Source of the DNA: an uncultured Actinomycetes bacterium
GTDB taxonomy: Bacteria > Actinomycetota > Actinomycetes > Streptosporangiales > Streptosporangiaceae
Length of the DNA: 64,000 bases
Direction of reading: 5' to 3'
NCBI GenBank assembly: GCA_963726415.1
Contig: CAVSCM010000021.1
Location: 65,718-129,717, forward strand
In this document: positions 18,673 to 29,504 of the stretch, one piece after another
How positions within the stretch are numbered: the first letter of the stretch is position 1
How the letters are laid out: every line of letters begins with the position of its first letter
The notes under the pieces: model-generated
The model's database searches: none
What the model was told of the DNA's origin: nothing
The model's input: the letters and a program-made list of their open reading frames with translations, nothing else
Program-made: the position numbers and the translations under genes

Positions 18673-20213
18673 CCGCACAGGCAGCCGCGCCGCACGTGGC
18701 GGTGGTGGGTGGCGGGCTGGCCGGAATTACCGCCGCTATCGCGCTCGCCGAGACCGGGACCCGGGTCACGCTGCTCGAATCCAGGCCGCGCCTGGGCGGC
18801 GCCACCTGCTCGTTCAGCCGCGGCGGCCTGACCGTGGACAACGGGCAGCACGTGTTCCTGCGCTGCTGCATCGCCTACCGCGGCCTGCTGGCCAGGCTTG
18901 GCATGACCGGCTCGGTGACGCTACAGGACCGGTTCGACGTCACCGTGCTGCGCCCGGGCGGGCGGGCCAGGCTGCGCCGCACGGCGCTCCCCGGCCCGCT
19001 GCACATGGGCCAGGCACTCGCCAGCTACCAGCACCTTTCTCTTGCCGAACGACTGCGCGTGGTGCCCGCCGCCCTCGCCATGACCCGGCTCGACCCGGCC
19101 AGCCCCGAGCTTGACGGGCAGCGCCTCGGTGACTGGCTGGCCGCCCACGGGCAGGGCGAACATGCCCGGCGGGCGCTGTGGGACCTGTTCACGGTCTCCG
19201 CGCTGAACGTCGCCGGGGACGACGCGAACCTGGCGCTCGCCGCCACCGTGGTAAAGACCGCCCTGCTGTCCGGCAGGGACGCGGCGGACATCGGGATCCC
19301 CGCGGTGCCACTCGGTGACCTGCACGGGCAGGCCGCGGGCAGCCTGCTGGGCCGGTTGGGTGCCAGAGTCAGGCTGAGCGCCAAGGCGGCCGCGGTAGAG
19401 GCACTGCCCTCCGGCGGGTTCCTGGTTCGCCTGGCCAGCCGCGGCGCCGCCGGGGGCAACGGCGGCGAGGTCATCCGGGCCGACGGCGTGGTGCTGGCGG
19501 TCCCCCCGGAGATCGCAGCCTGCCTGCTGCCGCCCGCCACGGGTAACAGCGCTCAGGCGGCGCAGGCCGGGCCAGCAGGGCCCGGGCCCCGTGACGAAGG
19601 AACGGGGCCTGAGGCCACCGGGGGGTTCCAGGGGGGTCGTCCCCCCGGGCCAGCACTCTGGCTGGATATTGGCACGTCGCCGATCGTCAACGTGCATGTG
19701 GTCTACGACCGGCGGGTGACAAGGCTGCCGTTCGCCGCGGCGGTGGACTCGCCGGTGCAGTGGGTGTTCGACCGGACCGGGCCGTCGGGGCTGCGCGAAG
19801 GCCAGTACCTGGCGATATCGCTGTCGGCGGCGGACGCCTACGCCGACGTCCCGGCCGCCAGGCTGCGCGAGCAGTTCCTGCCCGCGCTGGCCGAGTTGTT
19901 CCCCGCGGCGGCGCAGGCGCGGGTCATCGATTGCTTCGTCACCAGGGAGCGCAGGGCCACGATGCGCCAGGTACCAGGGCTGGGACGGCTGCGGCCCGGG
20001 GCAGCGACCGCCACGGCGGGCCTGGTCGTCGCGGGCGCCTGGACCGACACCGGATGGCCGGACACGATGGAGGGAGCCGTGCGGAGCGGACTGAACGCGG
20101 TGCGGGAACTGCGCCGGAGCATGGGCGCCGCGGCGCGGCGGCGGGCACCAGGCCGGGTATCGGCGGCCGGAGCCACCGCGGTAAGCAGCGACACCACGGG
20201 GGCGCCGGCATGA
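18669..20213 (+). CDS. hpnE: hydroxysqualene dehydroxylase (FAD-dependent amine-oxidase family, HpnE) with an about 40-aa Gly/Pro-rich insertion
   Basis: VAVVGGGLAGITAAIALAE FAD-binding GxGxxG motif; GTGA overlap with hpnD. Confidence 0.85.
   Translation: MTAQAAAPHVAVVGGGLAGITAAIALAETGTRVTLLESRPRLGGATCSFSRGGLTVDNGQHVFLRCCIAYRGLLARLGMTGSVTLQDRFDVTVLRPGGRARLRRTALPGPLHMGQALASYQHLSLAERLRVVPAALAMTRLDPASPELDGQRLGDWLAAHGQGEHARRALWDLFTVSALNVAGDDANLALAATVVKTALLSGRDAADIGIPAVPLGDLHGQAAGSLLGRLGARVRLSAKAAAVEALPSGGFLVRLASRGAAGGNGGEVIRADGVVLAVPPEIAACLLPPATGNSAQAAQAGPAGPGPRDEGTGPEATGGFQGGRPPGPALWLDIGTSPIVNVHVVYDRRVTRLPFAAAVDSPVQWVFDRTGPSGLREGQYLAISLSAADAYADVPAARLREQFLPALAELFPAAAQARVIDCFVTRERRATMRQVPGLGRLRPGAATATAGLVVAGAWTDTGWPDTMEGAVRSGLNAVRELRRSMGAAARRRAPGRVSAAGATAVSSDTTGAPA
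19581..19648. repeat. about 68-bp GC-rich stem-loop element (ggggggttccaggggggtcgtcccccc core), copy 1, in-frame inside hpnE
   Basis: About 85% identical to the copy at 23558-23626. Confidence 0.75.
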
Positions 20214-21358
20214 CCGCCGTGATGCCCGCCGGCGTGGCGACCGCGCGGGACCTGGTCGGCCCGGCCATGGCCACGGCGATCACACGGCTCAGCCCCGAAG
20301 TGCGCCCGGTCGCGGCGTACCACCTCGGCCTGGCCGGCGTCAACGGGCACACCCCGGTGAACGGCCGTATCGGCGACGAGGGCAAGGGCATCGCAAGTGC
20401 TAGCTCTGGCCCCACCGCCCCGCCCAAGGTGCCCAAACCCGCCGACGGCCACACCGCGGACGGGCCCGCGCAGCCAGGCGGCACCAAGCCGGCCGGGTCC
20501 GGCAAGGCGCTGCGGCCGGCCCTGGCTCTGCTGTCCGCACGGGCCGCGGAGGCCGCGCCGGAGCGCGGCGTCCCCGCGGCGGTCGCCGTGGAACTCGTGC
20601 ACAACTTCTCGCTGCTGCACGACGACATCATGGACGGCGACACCGAGCGCCGGCACCGGCCCACCGCCTGGACGGTCTACGGGATCGGTGCGGCGATCCT
20701 GGCCGGGGACGCCATGCTCGCCCTCGCCCAGGACATCCTGCTTGAGGACAAAGCCCCGCAAGGTGTGTGGGCGGCCCGCTGCCTGTCCGTCGCGGTGCAG
20801 CGGCTCATCGCCGGGCAGGGCGCGGACCTGGCGTTCGAGCGCCGCGACGACGTCACCCTGGCCGAGTGCCAGGAGATGGCCGGAGACAAGACCGCAGCCC
20901 TGATGGCCTGCGCGTGCAGCATCGGTGCGATCCATGTCGGCGCGCCGCCGGCCGTGGCCATGGGGCTGGCCGGGTTCGGCGCGCACGCCGGGCAGGCCTT
21001 CCAGCTCACCGACGACCTGCTGGGCATCTGGGGCAGCCCGGCCGTGACCGGCAAGCCGGTCCGCTCGGATCTGCGCGCGCGGAAGAAGTCGCTGCCGGTG
21101 GTGGCCGCACTGACCGCAGGCGTCGCCGCGTCCGCCGAACTGGCCGCGCTGCTGGGCCAGCCGGATCCGCTGTCCGAGGACGACCTGGTCCGCGCCGCCG
21201 GTCTTGTCGAAGAGGCAGGCGGCAAGGACTGGACGGAAAACGAGGCCGCGGCCCAACTCGCGTCCGCGCACCGGTGCCTGGCGGAGACCCCGATGCCCGA
21301 CGACGTCAGAGCCGAGTTCGCCGGGATCGCCGAGTTCATCACCGCGCGGCAGTGGTGA
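20210..21358 (+). CDS. polyprenyl diphosphate synthase (FPP/GGPP synthase family) with a Pro-rich insertion
   Basis: LLHDDIMD and FQLTDDLLG Asp-rich motifs; ATGA overlap with hpnE. Confidence 0.85.
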   Translation: MTAVMPAGVATARDLVGPAMATAITRLSPEVRPVAAYHLGLAGVNGHTPVNGRIGDEGKGIASASSGPTAPPKVPKPADGHTADGPAQPGGTKPAGSGKALRPALALLSARAAEAAPERGVPAAVAVELVHNFSLLHDDIMDGDTERRHRPTAWTVYGIGAAILAGDAMLALAQDILLEDKAPQGVWAARCLSVAVQRLIAGQGADLAFERRDDVTLAECQEMAGDKTAALMACACSIGAIHVGAPPAVAMGLAGFGAHAGQAFQLTDDLLGIWGSPAVTGKPVRSDLRARKKSLPVVAALTAGVAASAELAALLGQPDPLSEDDLVRAAGLVEEAGGKDWTENEAAAQLASAHRCLAETPMPDDVRAEFAGIAEFITARQW

Positions 21359-21372
21359 GGGGAGCCGAGCCG

Positions 21373-23550
21373 ATGACAGTCACGCACCCGAGGCGCCTCG
21401 GCCGCTCCGCCGCTGGCCCGGCGGCGGAGGCGCTCGCCCGCGCCAGGGACCACCTGCTCGGCCTGCAGCATGACCAGGGCTGGTGGCAGGGCGAACTGGA
21501 GACCAACGTCACCATGGACGCCGAGGACCTGCTGCTGCGCGAGTTCCTCGGCGTCAGGACCGCCGAGCAGACGCAGGCCGCGGCCCGGTGGATCGCCTCG
21601 CAGCAGCGCGACGACGGCACCTGGGCGAACTTCTACGGTGGCCCGGGGGACCTGTCCACCACGGTGGAGGCCTACGTCGCGCTGCGGCTGGCCGGGCACG
21701 AGCCGCAGGCGCCGCATCTGGCCCTGGCGGCGGAGTGGATCCGCGGCCAGGGCGGGATCCCGGCCACCCGGGTGTTCACCCGGATCTGGCTTGCCCTGTT
21801 CGGCGAATGGTCCTGGGACGACCTGCCGGTCATGCCGCCGGAGCTGATCTACCTGCCCGCCTGGTTCCCGTTCAACGTCTACGACTGGGGCTGCTGGGCG
21901 CGTCAGACCATAGTGCCGCTGACCATCGTGGGCGCGTTCCGGCCAGCCACGCCGCTTCCGTTTGGACTCAAAGAACTCTGGCCCGCCGGTGAAGGGCCGG
22001 TCGTGATCGGGCGCCGGGACCGTCCCAAAGATCCTGTCTGGGCGGCCGTGTTCGGCGGCCTGGACCGGGCGCTGCATGTCTATGAGCGGCGCGGGCGCTC
22101 CTCCTCTCCCGCCCCGGGCGACGGCTCCGCCGCCGCCCTACCACCCCCGTCCTCTCCCGCCCCGGGCGACGGCTCCGCCGCCACCCTGCCACCCCCGTCC
22201 TCTCCCCGCCCCGGGCGACGGCTCCGCCGCCACCCTGCCACCCCCGGAGCCGCGCCGGTGCGGGCGGTGCGCCGCGCCGCGATCCGCCGGTGCGCCGAGT
22301 GGATCATCGCCAGGCAGGAGGCCGACGGCTGCTGGGGCGGCATCCAGCCGCCGTGGGTGTACTCGCTGATCGCGCTGAGGCTGCTCGGCTACGGCCTTGA
22401 CCACCCGGTGATCCGGCGCGGTCTGGCCGGCCTGGACCGGTTCACCATCACCGAGGACACCCCCGAAGGACCGGTGCGCCGGATGGAGGCCTGCCAGTCG
22501 CCGGTCTGGGACACCGTGCTGGCGATGATCGCGCTCGCCGACGCGGGACTGCCCGCCGACCATCCCTCCCTCACCAGGGCCACCGACTGGCTGCTCGACG
22601 AGGAGATCACCGGGCCGGGGGACTGGCAGGTGCGCCCGGCCCTGGCGCCCGGCGGCTGGGCCTTCGAGTTCGACAACGACAACTACCCCGACATCGACGA
22701 CACCGCCGAGGTGGTGCTAGCCCTGCGCCGGACCCGACTCTCCTCACCTCCCGCCCCGGGCGACGGCTCCGCCGCCACCCTTCCATCCCCATGGCCGGAC
22801 GCGCGCCGCAAGGCGGCTATCTCTCGCGGCCTGACCTGGATCACAGGGATGGTGTCCCGGGATGGCGGCTGGGCCGCCTTCGACGCCGACAACACCTCGG
22901 GACTGGTCGCCAAGCTGCCGTTCTGCGACTTCGGCGCGGTCACAGATCCGCCCTCGGCGGACGTCACCGCGCACGTGGTGGAGGCGCTCGCGGCCATGGG
23001 CCAGGCCGGCAGCCGGTTGGCCAGGCGCGGCGTGGTCTGGCTGCTGCGGGCCCAGGAGAGCGACGGCTCCTGGTTTGGCCGGTGGGGCGCCAACTACGTG
23101 TACGGCACCGGCGCGGTGGTGCCCGCGCTGATCGCCGCCGGGGTGCGGCCGGGCAAGCCGGCCATCCGCCGTGCGGTGGCATGGCTGGAACAGCACCAGA
23201 ACCCCGACGGTGGCTGGGGCGAGGACATGCGCTCCTACGACGACCCGTCCCTGGCGGGCCATGGTGCGTCCACCGCGTCGCAGACCGCGTGGGCGCTGCT
23301 TGCGCTGCTCGCGGCCGGTGGCGCCGAGCCGGCCGTGGAGGCCGGGGCCCGCTGGCTCGCCGAGCACCAGCGAAGCGACGGGACCTGGGACGAGCCGCAG
23401 TTCACCGGTACCGGGTTCCCGCGCGACTTCTACATCAACTACCACCTGTACCGCCTCGTGTTCCCGGTCAGCGCGCTCGGCCGGTACCTATCCTCTCCCG
23501 CCCCGGGCGACGGCTCCGCCGCCCCCCTTCTACCCCCGGAGACGGCGTGA
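21373..23550 (+). CDS. shc: squalene-hopene cyclase carrying five in-frame copies of a 48-bp repeat element
   Basis: QW motifs, DDTAEV-type catalytic motif region and GGWG motifs; 726 aa versus about 650-680 typical. Confidence 0.9.
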   Translation: MTVTHPRRLGRSAAGPAAEALARARDHLLGLQHDQGWWQGELETNVTMDAEDLLLREFLGVRTAEQTQAAARWIASQQRDDGTWANFYGGPGDLSTTVEAYVALRLAGHEPQAPHLALAAEWIRGQGGIPATRVFTRIWLALFGEWSWDDLPVMPPELIYLPAWFPFNVYDWGCWARQTIVPLTIVGAFRPATPLPFGLKELWPAGEGPVVIGRRDRPKDPVWAAVFGGLDRALHVYERRGRSSSPAPGDGSAAALPPPSSPAPGDGSAATLPPPSSPRPGRRLRRHPATPGAAPVRAVRRAAIRRCAEWIIARQEADGCWGGIQPPWVYSLIALRLLGYGLDHPVIRRGLAGLDRFTITEDTPEGPVRRMEACQSPVWDTVLAMIALADAGLPADHPSLTRATDWLLDEEITGPGDWQVRPALAPGGWAFEFDNDNYPDIDDTAEVVLALRRTRLSSPPAPGDGSAATLPSPWPDARRKAAISRGLTWITGMVSRDGGWAAFDADNTSGLVAKLPFCDFGAVTDPPSADVTAHVVEALAAMGQAGSRLARRGVVWLLRAQESDGSWFGRWGANYVYGTGAVVPALIAAGVRPGKPAIRRAVAWLEQHQNPDGGWGEDMRSYDDPSLAGHGASTASQTAWALLALLAAGGAEPAVEAGARWLAEHQRSDGTWDEPQFTGTGFPRDFYINYHLYRLVFPVSALGRYLSSPAPGDGSAAPLLPPETA
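22102..22246. repeat. three tandem copies of a 48-bp element (tcctctcccgccccgggcgacggctccgccgcc..) inside shc; the third copy has 1 extra C
   Basis: Direct reading; encodes [11 protein letters not shown](A/T)LPPP. Confidence 0.85.
22741..22790. repeat. fourth copy of the 48-bp element inside shc
   Basis: tcctcacctcccgccccgggcgacggctccgccgccaccc. Confidence 0.8.
23491..23538. repeat. fifth copy of the 48-bp element, at the shc C-terminus
   Basis: tcctctcccgccccgggcgacggctccgccgcccccct. Confidence 0.8.
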
Positions 23551-25163
23551 CCGCCCCGGAGCCCGGCCCGGTGACGGAGGAACCGGGCCGTAGGCCATCG
23601 GGGGGTTCCAGGGGGGTCGCCTCCCCAGGCCAGCAGGGCCCGCTGGTGGTGTGCTCCCCGCTGTGGGTGGAGGCGCTGGCGGTCCGGCGCGGGCTGCGCG
23701 CGGCACGCGGGGCCGGCCAGCCCGACGGCGGCGCGGTGCGGGTAACCGGATACGGCCCGGCGAGGTCCCGGCGGCAGGCCGCCGCGCTGGCCGGTGAACA
23801 GTTCGGCGCGCTGGCCGTCGCCGGGGTGGGCGGCGGCCTCACCGACGACCTGGTCCCCGGTGACCTGGTCGTCGGCACCGAGGTCAGCGACGCCCACGGC
23901 ACGAGCGTCCGGTGCCCGGCAGCGCCGCTGCTGGCCGGTGAACTGCGCCGGGCGGGGCTGCGCGTCCACGCCGGGCCCGTCATCACCGTGGACCGGCTGG
24001 CCGGCGGCTCGTCCCGGCGGCGGCTGGCGGCCGGCGGGGCGCTGGCGGCCGACCTGGAGTCCGCGCCGCTGGCCGCGGCGGCGCATGACCGGCCGGTGGC
24101 CGTGCTCCGCGCGGTGTCGGACACCCCCGCGCGGCCGCTGCTGCACCCGGGGATCGTGACCGGCGGGCTGGCCGCGCTGCGGGCGCTGCGCGCCGCCGGC
24201 CCGGTACTGGCCGCCTGGGCCGCCGCGGCCGGGCCGCGGCGGGTGCTCCTGGCCGGGCCACGGTCGTTCTGTGCCGGGGTGGAGCGCGCCATCGAGATCG
24301 TGGAGAAGGTGCTCGACCAGCGTGGCGCCCCGGTGTACGTGCGCAAGCAGATCGTGCACAACACCCACGTCGTCGCCGACCTCGAACGCCGCGGCGCGGT
24401 GTTCGTGGACGAACTTTCCGAGGTCCCCGACGGGGCGTGCGTGGTCTTCTCCGCGCACGGGGTGTCCCCGGCAGTCCGCGAGGAGGCGGCCAGGCGCGGC
24501 CTGGACGCGATCGACGCGACCTGCCCGCTGGTGGGGAAGGTGCACGCGGAGGCGCGCCGGTTCGCGGCCGATGGCTACCTGGTGGCCCTCATCGGGCACG
24601 CCGGCCACGAGGAGGTCGAGGGCACCCTCGGCGAGGCACCGGAGTCGATGGCGCTGGTGGAGAGCGCCGCCGACGTGGCCCGGCTGCACCCCGCGGACCC
24701 GGGCAAGGTCGCCTACCTGATGCAGACCACGCTGGCCGTGGACGAGGCCGCCGAGATGGCCTCCGCGCTGACCGAGCGGTTCCCCGCGGCCAGGGCCCCA
24801 GGCAGCGACGACATCTGTTACGCCACCACCAACAGGCAGCGGGCCATCCGGGCCGTCGCGGCCGAGTCCGACCTGGTCCTGGTGGCCGGGTCGGCCAACT
24901 CCTCCAACTCGGTGCGGCTGGTGGAGACGGCGCAGAGGGCCGGCACCCCGGCGCACCTTATCGACGGGCCGTCCGACATCCAGCTTGGCTGGCTGGCCGG
25001 CGTGTCCACGATCGGCCTGACCGCCGGCGCCTCGGCGCCGCCGGCCGTGGTCGACGAGATCATCACCGCGCTGTCGGGCCTCGGCCCCGTAGAGGTCTCC
25101 GAGCGCGTCATCACCACCGAGAACATCCGGTTCAGCTTGCCCAAGGAGGTCCGGGCGCAATGA
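23547..25163 (+). CDS. ispH: HpnG-like nucleosidase (PNP/MTAN family) domain and IspH (4-hydroxy-3-methylbut-2-enyl diphosphate reductase) in one continuous frame
   Basis: N-terminal half has phosphorylase-family motifs (LVVCSPLW.., AVLRAVSD); C-terminal half has IspH motifs ([34 protein letters not shown]); no stop codon between them. Confidence 0.7.
   Translation: MTAPEPGPVTEEPGRRPSGGSRGVASPGQQGPLVVCSPLWVEALAVRRGLRAARGAGQPDGGAVRVTGYGPARSRRQAAALAGEQFGALAVAGVGGGLTDDLVPGDLVVGTEVSDAHGTSVRCPAAPLLAGELRRAGLRVHAGPVITVDRLAGGSSRRRLAAGGALAADLESAPLAAAAHDRPVAVLRAVSDTPARPLLHPGIVTGGLAALRALRAAGPVLAAWAAAAGPRRVLLAGPRSFCAGVERAIEIVEKVLDQRGAPVYVRKQIVHNTHVVADLERRGAVFVDELSEVPDGACVVFSAHGVSPAVREEAARRGLDAIDATCPLVGKVHAEARRFAADGYLVALIGHAGHEEVEGTLGEAPESMALVESAADVARLHPADPGKVAYLMQTTLAVDEAAEMASALTERFPAARAPGSDDICYATTNRQRAIRAVAAESDLVLVAGSANSSNSVRLVETAQRAGTPAHLIDGPSDIQLGWLAGVSTIGLTAGASAPPAVVDEIITALSGLGPVEVSERVITTENIRFSLPKEVRAQ
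23558..23626. repeat. about 68-bp GC-rich stem-loop element, copy 2, at the shc/hpnG junction
   Basis: Aligned by eye with copy 1. Confidence 0.75.
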
Positions 25164-26164
25164 CCATGCCACTGCGACAGAGCCTGCGGATCGGGACCTA
25201 CCTGGTGCGCCAGAAGCTGGCGCGCAACGACAAGTTCCCCCTCCTGGTCGAGCTGGAGCCGCTGTTCGCGTGCAACCTCAAGTGCGCGGGCTGCGGGAAG
25301 ATCCAGCAGCCGCACACGCTGCTGAAGCAGCGGATGCCGGTGGACCAGGCGATCGGCGCGATCGAGGAGTGCGGCGCGCCGATGGTGTCCATCGCCGGCG
25401 GTGAACCGCTCATGCACCCGCAGATCCACGAGATCGTCGCGGAGCTGATCAAGCGCAAGAAGTACGTGTTCCTCTGCACGAACGCGCTGCTGATCCCCAA
25501 GCACATCGACAAGTTCTCCCCGTCGCGGTACTTCGCCTGGGCGGTGCACATCGACGGGCTGGCCGAGCGGCACGACGAGTCGGTCTGCAAGGAAGGCGTG
25601 TTCGACCAGGCGGTCGCCGCGATCAAGGAATGCCAGCGGCGCGGGTTCCGGGTCACCACGAACACCACGTTCTTCAACACCGACACCCCGCAGACCGTCA
25701 TCGACGTGCTGAACTACCTCAACGACGACCTCGGCGTGGACGAGATGATGATCTCCCCGGCCTACGCATACGAGAAGGCACCGGATCAGGAGCACTTCCT
25801 CGGCGTGACCGAGACCAGGGAACTGTTCCGCAAGGCGTTCGCCGACGGCAACAGGCAGCGCTGGCGGCTCAACCACTCCCCGCTGTTCCTTGACTTCCTT
25901 GAGGGCAAGGCCGACTTCGGCTGCACCGCCTGGGGAATCCCGTCCTACTCGCTGCTCGGCTGGCAGCGGCCGTGCTACCTGATGTCGGACGGGTACGTGC
26001 AGACGTACAAGGAGCTGATCGAGACCACCGACTGGGATGCCTACGGCCGCGGCAAGGACCCGCGATGCGCGAACTGCATGGCGCACTGCGGCTACGAGCC
26101 GTCCGCGGTTCTGGCCACCATGGGCTCGCTGAAGCAGTCGCTTCGCGCGATGCGCGGCATCTAG
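25160..26164 (+). CDS. hpnH: adenosylhopane synthase, radical SAM (HpnH)
   Basis: [10 protein letters not shown] radical-SAM cysteine motif; ATGA overlap with the ispH stop. Confidence 0.9.
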   Translation: MTMPLRQSLRIGTYLVRQKLARNDKFPLLVELEPLFACNLKCAGCGKIQQPHTLLKQRMPVDQAIGAIEECGAPMVSIAGGEPLMHPQIHEIVAELIKRKKYVFLCTNALLIPKHIDKFSPSRYFAWAVHIDGLAERHDESVCKEGVFDQAVAAIKECQRRGFRVTTNTTFFNTDTPQTVIDVLNYLNDDLGVDEMMISPAYAYEKAPDQEHFLGVTETRELFRKAFADGNRQRWRLNHSPLFLDFLEGKADFGCTAWGIPSYSLLGWQRPCYLMSDGYVQTYKELIETTDWDAYGRGKDPRCANCMAHCGYEPSAVLATMGSLKQSLRAMRGI

Positions 26165-26171
26165 CGCCCGC

Positions 26172-28190
26172 TCACGCCTCGTCGGTGCGGGGGAAGGGCT
26201 GCTCGCACCAGACGATCTTGCCACCGGAGGTCCGGCGGGCGCCCCACCGGCCGGACAGCTTGCTGACGATCTGCAGGCCCCGGCCGGTCTCGTCGTCCTT
26301 GGCCGCGTGCTGCAGCTTGGGCAGCGCCGACGAGGTGTCGAGCACCTCGCAGACCAGCGCGCCCTCCTTGATCAGCCGCAGCGTGACGGGGCCCTCGGCG
26401 TACCTGATCGCGTTCGTCACCAGTTCGGAGGCCAGCAACTGGGTGGTGTCCATCATGCTGGCCAGGTCCCACTTCTCCAGCGGCTCGGCCACCAGGGACC
26501 GCGCCTCGCGCGCCGCGGACGGCTCGCCGGTCAGCGCCCAGGACGCCTGCAGGCTGCCGTCGATCCGGGCCAGCCGGGCGATCAGCACGGCGATGTCGTC
26601 GCGGTGCTGATCGGAGTAGGCGCCGGCCAGGATCGCCTTGCACAGGTCGTCCATGGATCCGGCCACCGACTCGGCGTCGAACACCGACTGGAGCCGCTTC
26701 AGGCCGTCGTCGATGTCACGGCCGCGGCTTTCCACCAGCCCGTCGGTGTAGAGGACGAACATGCTGCCGTCCTCGATCTCGAAGGTCCGGCTGGAGATCA
26801 GCCCCTCGCCCACGCCCAGCGGCGGCGCCGGGGACACGTCGAGGAACTCGCTGCTGCCGTCCGGCCGGACCAGCAACGGCGGCAGGTGCCCGGCGCAGGC
26901 GACCTCGCAGGTGCCGTTCACCGCGTCGTAGGTGGCGTACACGCAGGTGGCGAAGTGTGGTTCGCGCTCGCCGATCTTCCGCATCAGCTCGTTGAGATGC
27001 TGCAGCGTCTCGGCGGGAGACAGCTCCAGCATCGCCAGGGTCTGGATCGCGGTGCGCAGCCTGCCCATGGTGACCGCGGCCCGGACACCGTGGCCGGCCA
27101 CGTCACCGACGACCAGGGCCACCCGCGCGCCCGGCATGTTGATCGACTCGTACCAGTCCCCGCCGACCTCGATGAGCTGGCTGCCTGGCAGGTACCTGTG
27201 CGTGACCTCGACCGACGACGGTGCGGAAAGCCCGGTGGGCAGCAGGCTGCGCTGCAGGGTGAGTGCGGTGGCCCGCTCCCGGTTGTAGCGCCGGGCGTTG
27301 TCGATGAAGATCGCCGCGCGGGAGGCGAACTCCACGCCGATCTCGGTGTCGTAGGCGTCGAAGGACCGGAAGCCCTTGCGCCGGTTGCACACGATGAAGC
27401 CGAGCGTGGAACCGCGCGCGTTGAGCGGCAGCAGCAACATGGACGAGTCGGCCAGCAGGCCCATGGGGCGGCGCAGCCACGTTTCGGCCAGCTCGACCGC
27501 TTCGGCGGTGATCATGGCGGGCTGACGGATCGGCCGGCCGGTGCTCATGCACTCGGTGTAGGGCGACCCCGCCGGGTAGCGGAGCACCTCGCCGGTGGGG
27601 AACGTGGCGTCCCAGTCCGGGTTGCTGTCGTCGGTGGCGATGGCCATCCGGCGCAGCAGGTAGGACCCGTCGTTCTGGGATGCGGGCGGCTCGTCGGCCG
27701 CCACCAGGCTCTCCAGCAGCAGCAGCCCGGCCGAGTTGCTGAAGTGCGGGACCACGATGTTGATCAGCCCGCGGGCCAGTTGGTCCAGGTCGAGGGTGGC
27801 CCCCATCTGCCGGAACGTCTCGTCGAGCAGCGCGTGCCGCATCAGCGCGGGGTCCAGGAACTGCTCCACGCTGGGCGGTGGCATGCGCAGGATCGCCAGC
27901 GCCGACGGGCGACCCTCGGTGTCGCCGCGCATCGGCTGCAGCGTGACCACGGTGTCGATGGGGTTGCTGCGCTGGGCCTTGAAGGTGAGCACCGCGGTCG
28001 CTTCCCGGCCACCCTTGACCGCGTCGAGCAGACTGTTGAGCGGCGTGCCCGTGGGGGAGTTGCCCACCACCAGATCGCTCAGGTGCGTGCCGAGCAGCGA
28101 GCCATTCGGCGGATCAAGGACTTCCTTCGCATTCCGGTCATGCTGAACTATCCGTCCGGCCGGATCTACCCCCAGGATCAGTGTCCGCAC
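26172..28190 (-). CDS. PAS/GAF-PP2C (SpoIIE) phosphatase fused to an HATPase_c anti-sigma-factor kinase-like domain
   Basis: PP2C motifs (GGDWY, VVGDVAGHG, LYTDGLVE) and C-terminal GHKL ATPase motifs (ELVTNAIRY, GRGLQIV). Confidence 0.85.
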   Translation of the reverse strand: MRTLILGVDPAGRIVQHDRNAKEVLDPPNGSLLGTHLSDLVVGNSPTGTPLNSLLDAVKGGREATAVLTFKAQRSNPIDTVVTLQPMRGDTEGRPSALAILRMPPPSVEQFLDPALMRHALLDETFRQMGATLDLDQLARGLINIVVPHFSNSAGLLLLESLVAADEPPASQNDGSYLLRRMAIATDDSNPDWDATFPTGEVLRYPAGSPYTECMSTGRPIRQPAMITAEAVELAETWLRRPMGLLADSSMLLLPLNARGSTLGFIVCNRRKGFRSFDAYDTEIGVEFASRAAIFIDNARRYNRERATALTLQRSLLPTGLSAPSSVEVTHRYLPGSQLIEVGGDWYESINMPGARVALVVGDVAGHGVRAAVTMGRLRTAIQTLAMLELSPAETLQHLNELMRKIGEREPHFATCVYATYDAVNGTCEVACAGHLPPLLVRPDGSSEFLDVSPAPPLGVGEGLISSRTFEIEDGSMFVLYTDGLVESRGRDIDDGLKRLQSVFDAESVAGSMDDLCKAILAGAYSDQHRDDIAVLIARLARIDGSLQASWALTGEPSAAREARSLVAEPLEKWDLASMMDTTQLLASELVTNAIRYAEGPVTLRLIKEGALVCEVLDTSSALPKLQHAAKDDETGRGLQIVSKLSGRWGARRTSGGKIVWCEQPFPRTDEA

Positions 28191-28459
28191 GGATGTGTGG
28201 GATAGCAGCGTAGTGATCTTTGCACGATACCCGACATTGGCCTGCCCATTCCGGGTGACCTGGAACGTTGCACTATGCCGAATAAGATACTTTTGGGTCC
28301 CGTTTGCAGTGCCAGCCTGGGGGAGCGACGCCGCTGGAACCCCCCGGTGGCCTAAGGCCCCGGTCCTTCGTCACGGAGCCTTGACCTGCTGGCCGGGCGG
28401 AGCGGCCGCCGAGGCCGTACGCTACGCTCGCTGCACCCCGGTACCCGGCAGGAGGGGGC

Positions 28460-29415
28460 ATGGCGCAGCGTCCTGCGGTGAACGTGTTGGGCAGCCTGAA
28501 CACCGACATCTCGCTCCTCGTGCCACACCTGCCCGGGCCGGGGGAAACCGTGCTCGCTTCGGCGGCCGCCACGTTCGGCGCGGGCGGGAAGGGAGCCAAC
28601 CAGGCGGTCGCGGCCGCCCGGCTGGGTGCCGCGGTGTCGATGGTGGGCTGCTGCGGGGACGACGAGTTCGGCGCGCGGCTGCGCGCGGGCCTGGCCGCCG
28701 AGGGGATCGGGGTCGGCCGGCCTGCGTGCGGTGCCCGGCGTGGCCTCGGGGCTGGCCCTGATCACCGTGGATGCCGGCCGGGGAGAACTCGATCGCGGTT
28801 GCCGCGGGCGCTAACGGGCTCGCCGGGGACGCGGAGGTGGCGGCCGCCTTTGCGCAGGCATGCGACGTGCTGGTGCTGTCGGCGGAGATACCTGTCCCCG
28901 TGCTCGGCGCCGCGCTCCGCCGCGCCCGGGCCAATGGGGTCCGCACGGTGCTCAACCTGGCCCCGGTTCCCGAGGGGGCGGCCGGCCTGCTCGCCGAGTG
29001 CCCCGGCTGGCTCGTGGTGAACGCCCAGGAGGCGGCGGCCCTGGCCGGACGGCCGGACGGTGCGCCACCGCAGGACGAGGCGGCGCTGGGCAGGGACGTC
29101 GCGGCGGGCCTGGCCGCGGGGCTCGGCGGCGGGCACGTCGTGGTCACGCTGGGCGCGGCCGGGGCGGCGCTGGCCGGGCCGTCGGGGACGGCCGCGGTGC
29201 CCGGGTTCCCGGTGACCGCGGTAGACACCGTGGGAGCAGGGGACGCGTTCGTGGGAGCCCTCGCCGTGGCACTGGCCAGCGGCCTGGACCCGCCCGCCGC
29301 GGTCACCGCCGCGTGCGCGGCCGGGGCGGCGGCGGCCACCCGCAGGGGAGCACAGGCGGCCCTGCCCCGGCGCGCCGACGTGCTCGCGGCAACCGGGTTC
29401 GCCTGGCCGGCCTGA
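28460..29415 (+). pseudogene. ribokinase/PfkB-family sugar kinase disrupted by two +1 frameshifts near 28715-28790
   Basis: N-terminal GGKGANQA anion-hole motif in frame 1, GLRAVPGVASGLALITVDAG in frame 3, GENSIAVAAGANG..GAGDAF in frame 2. Confidence 0.6.
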
Positions 29416-29504
29416 GCGCGGGTACGCCGGCCGCGGAGACCACGGCGGTGCCGGCTAACGTCCCTCTGGCCGGTCACCGAGGCCGCGTGCGAAGGAGAGT
29501 TCCC

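Noticed and set aside
17378-21271. Large antisense or alternative-frame ORFs over the hopanoid genes (for example 18153..20213 5-prime extension, 19838..21271-, 20677..22077-, 20767..23550 read-through)
   Set aside because: Conserved HpnD, HpnE, polyprenyl synthase and SHC motifs fix the true frames and starts (GTG/ATG overlaps). The alternatives are Arg/Pro-rich artefacts.
23439-28205. ORFs 23439..25172-, 24818..26224- and 26307..28205+ antisense to hpnG/ispH, hpnH and the PP2C-kinase gene
   Set aside because: They sit opposite genes with unambiguous radical-SAM, IspH and PP2C motifs. Their translations are compositionally biased (Arg/Gly/Pro).
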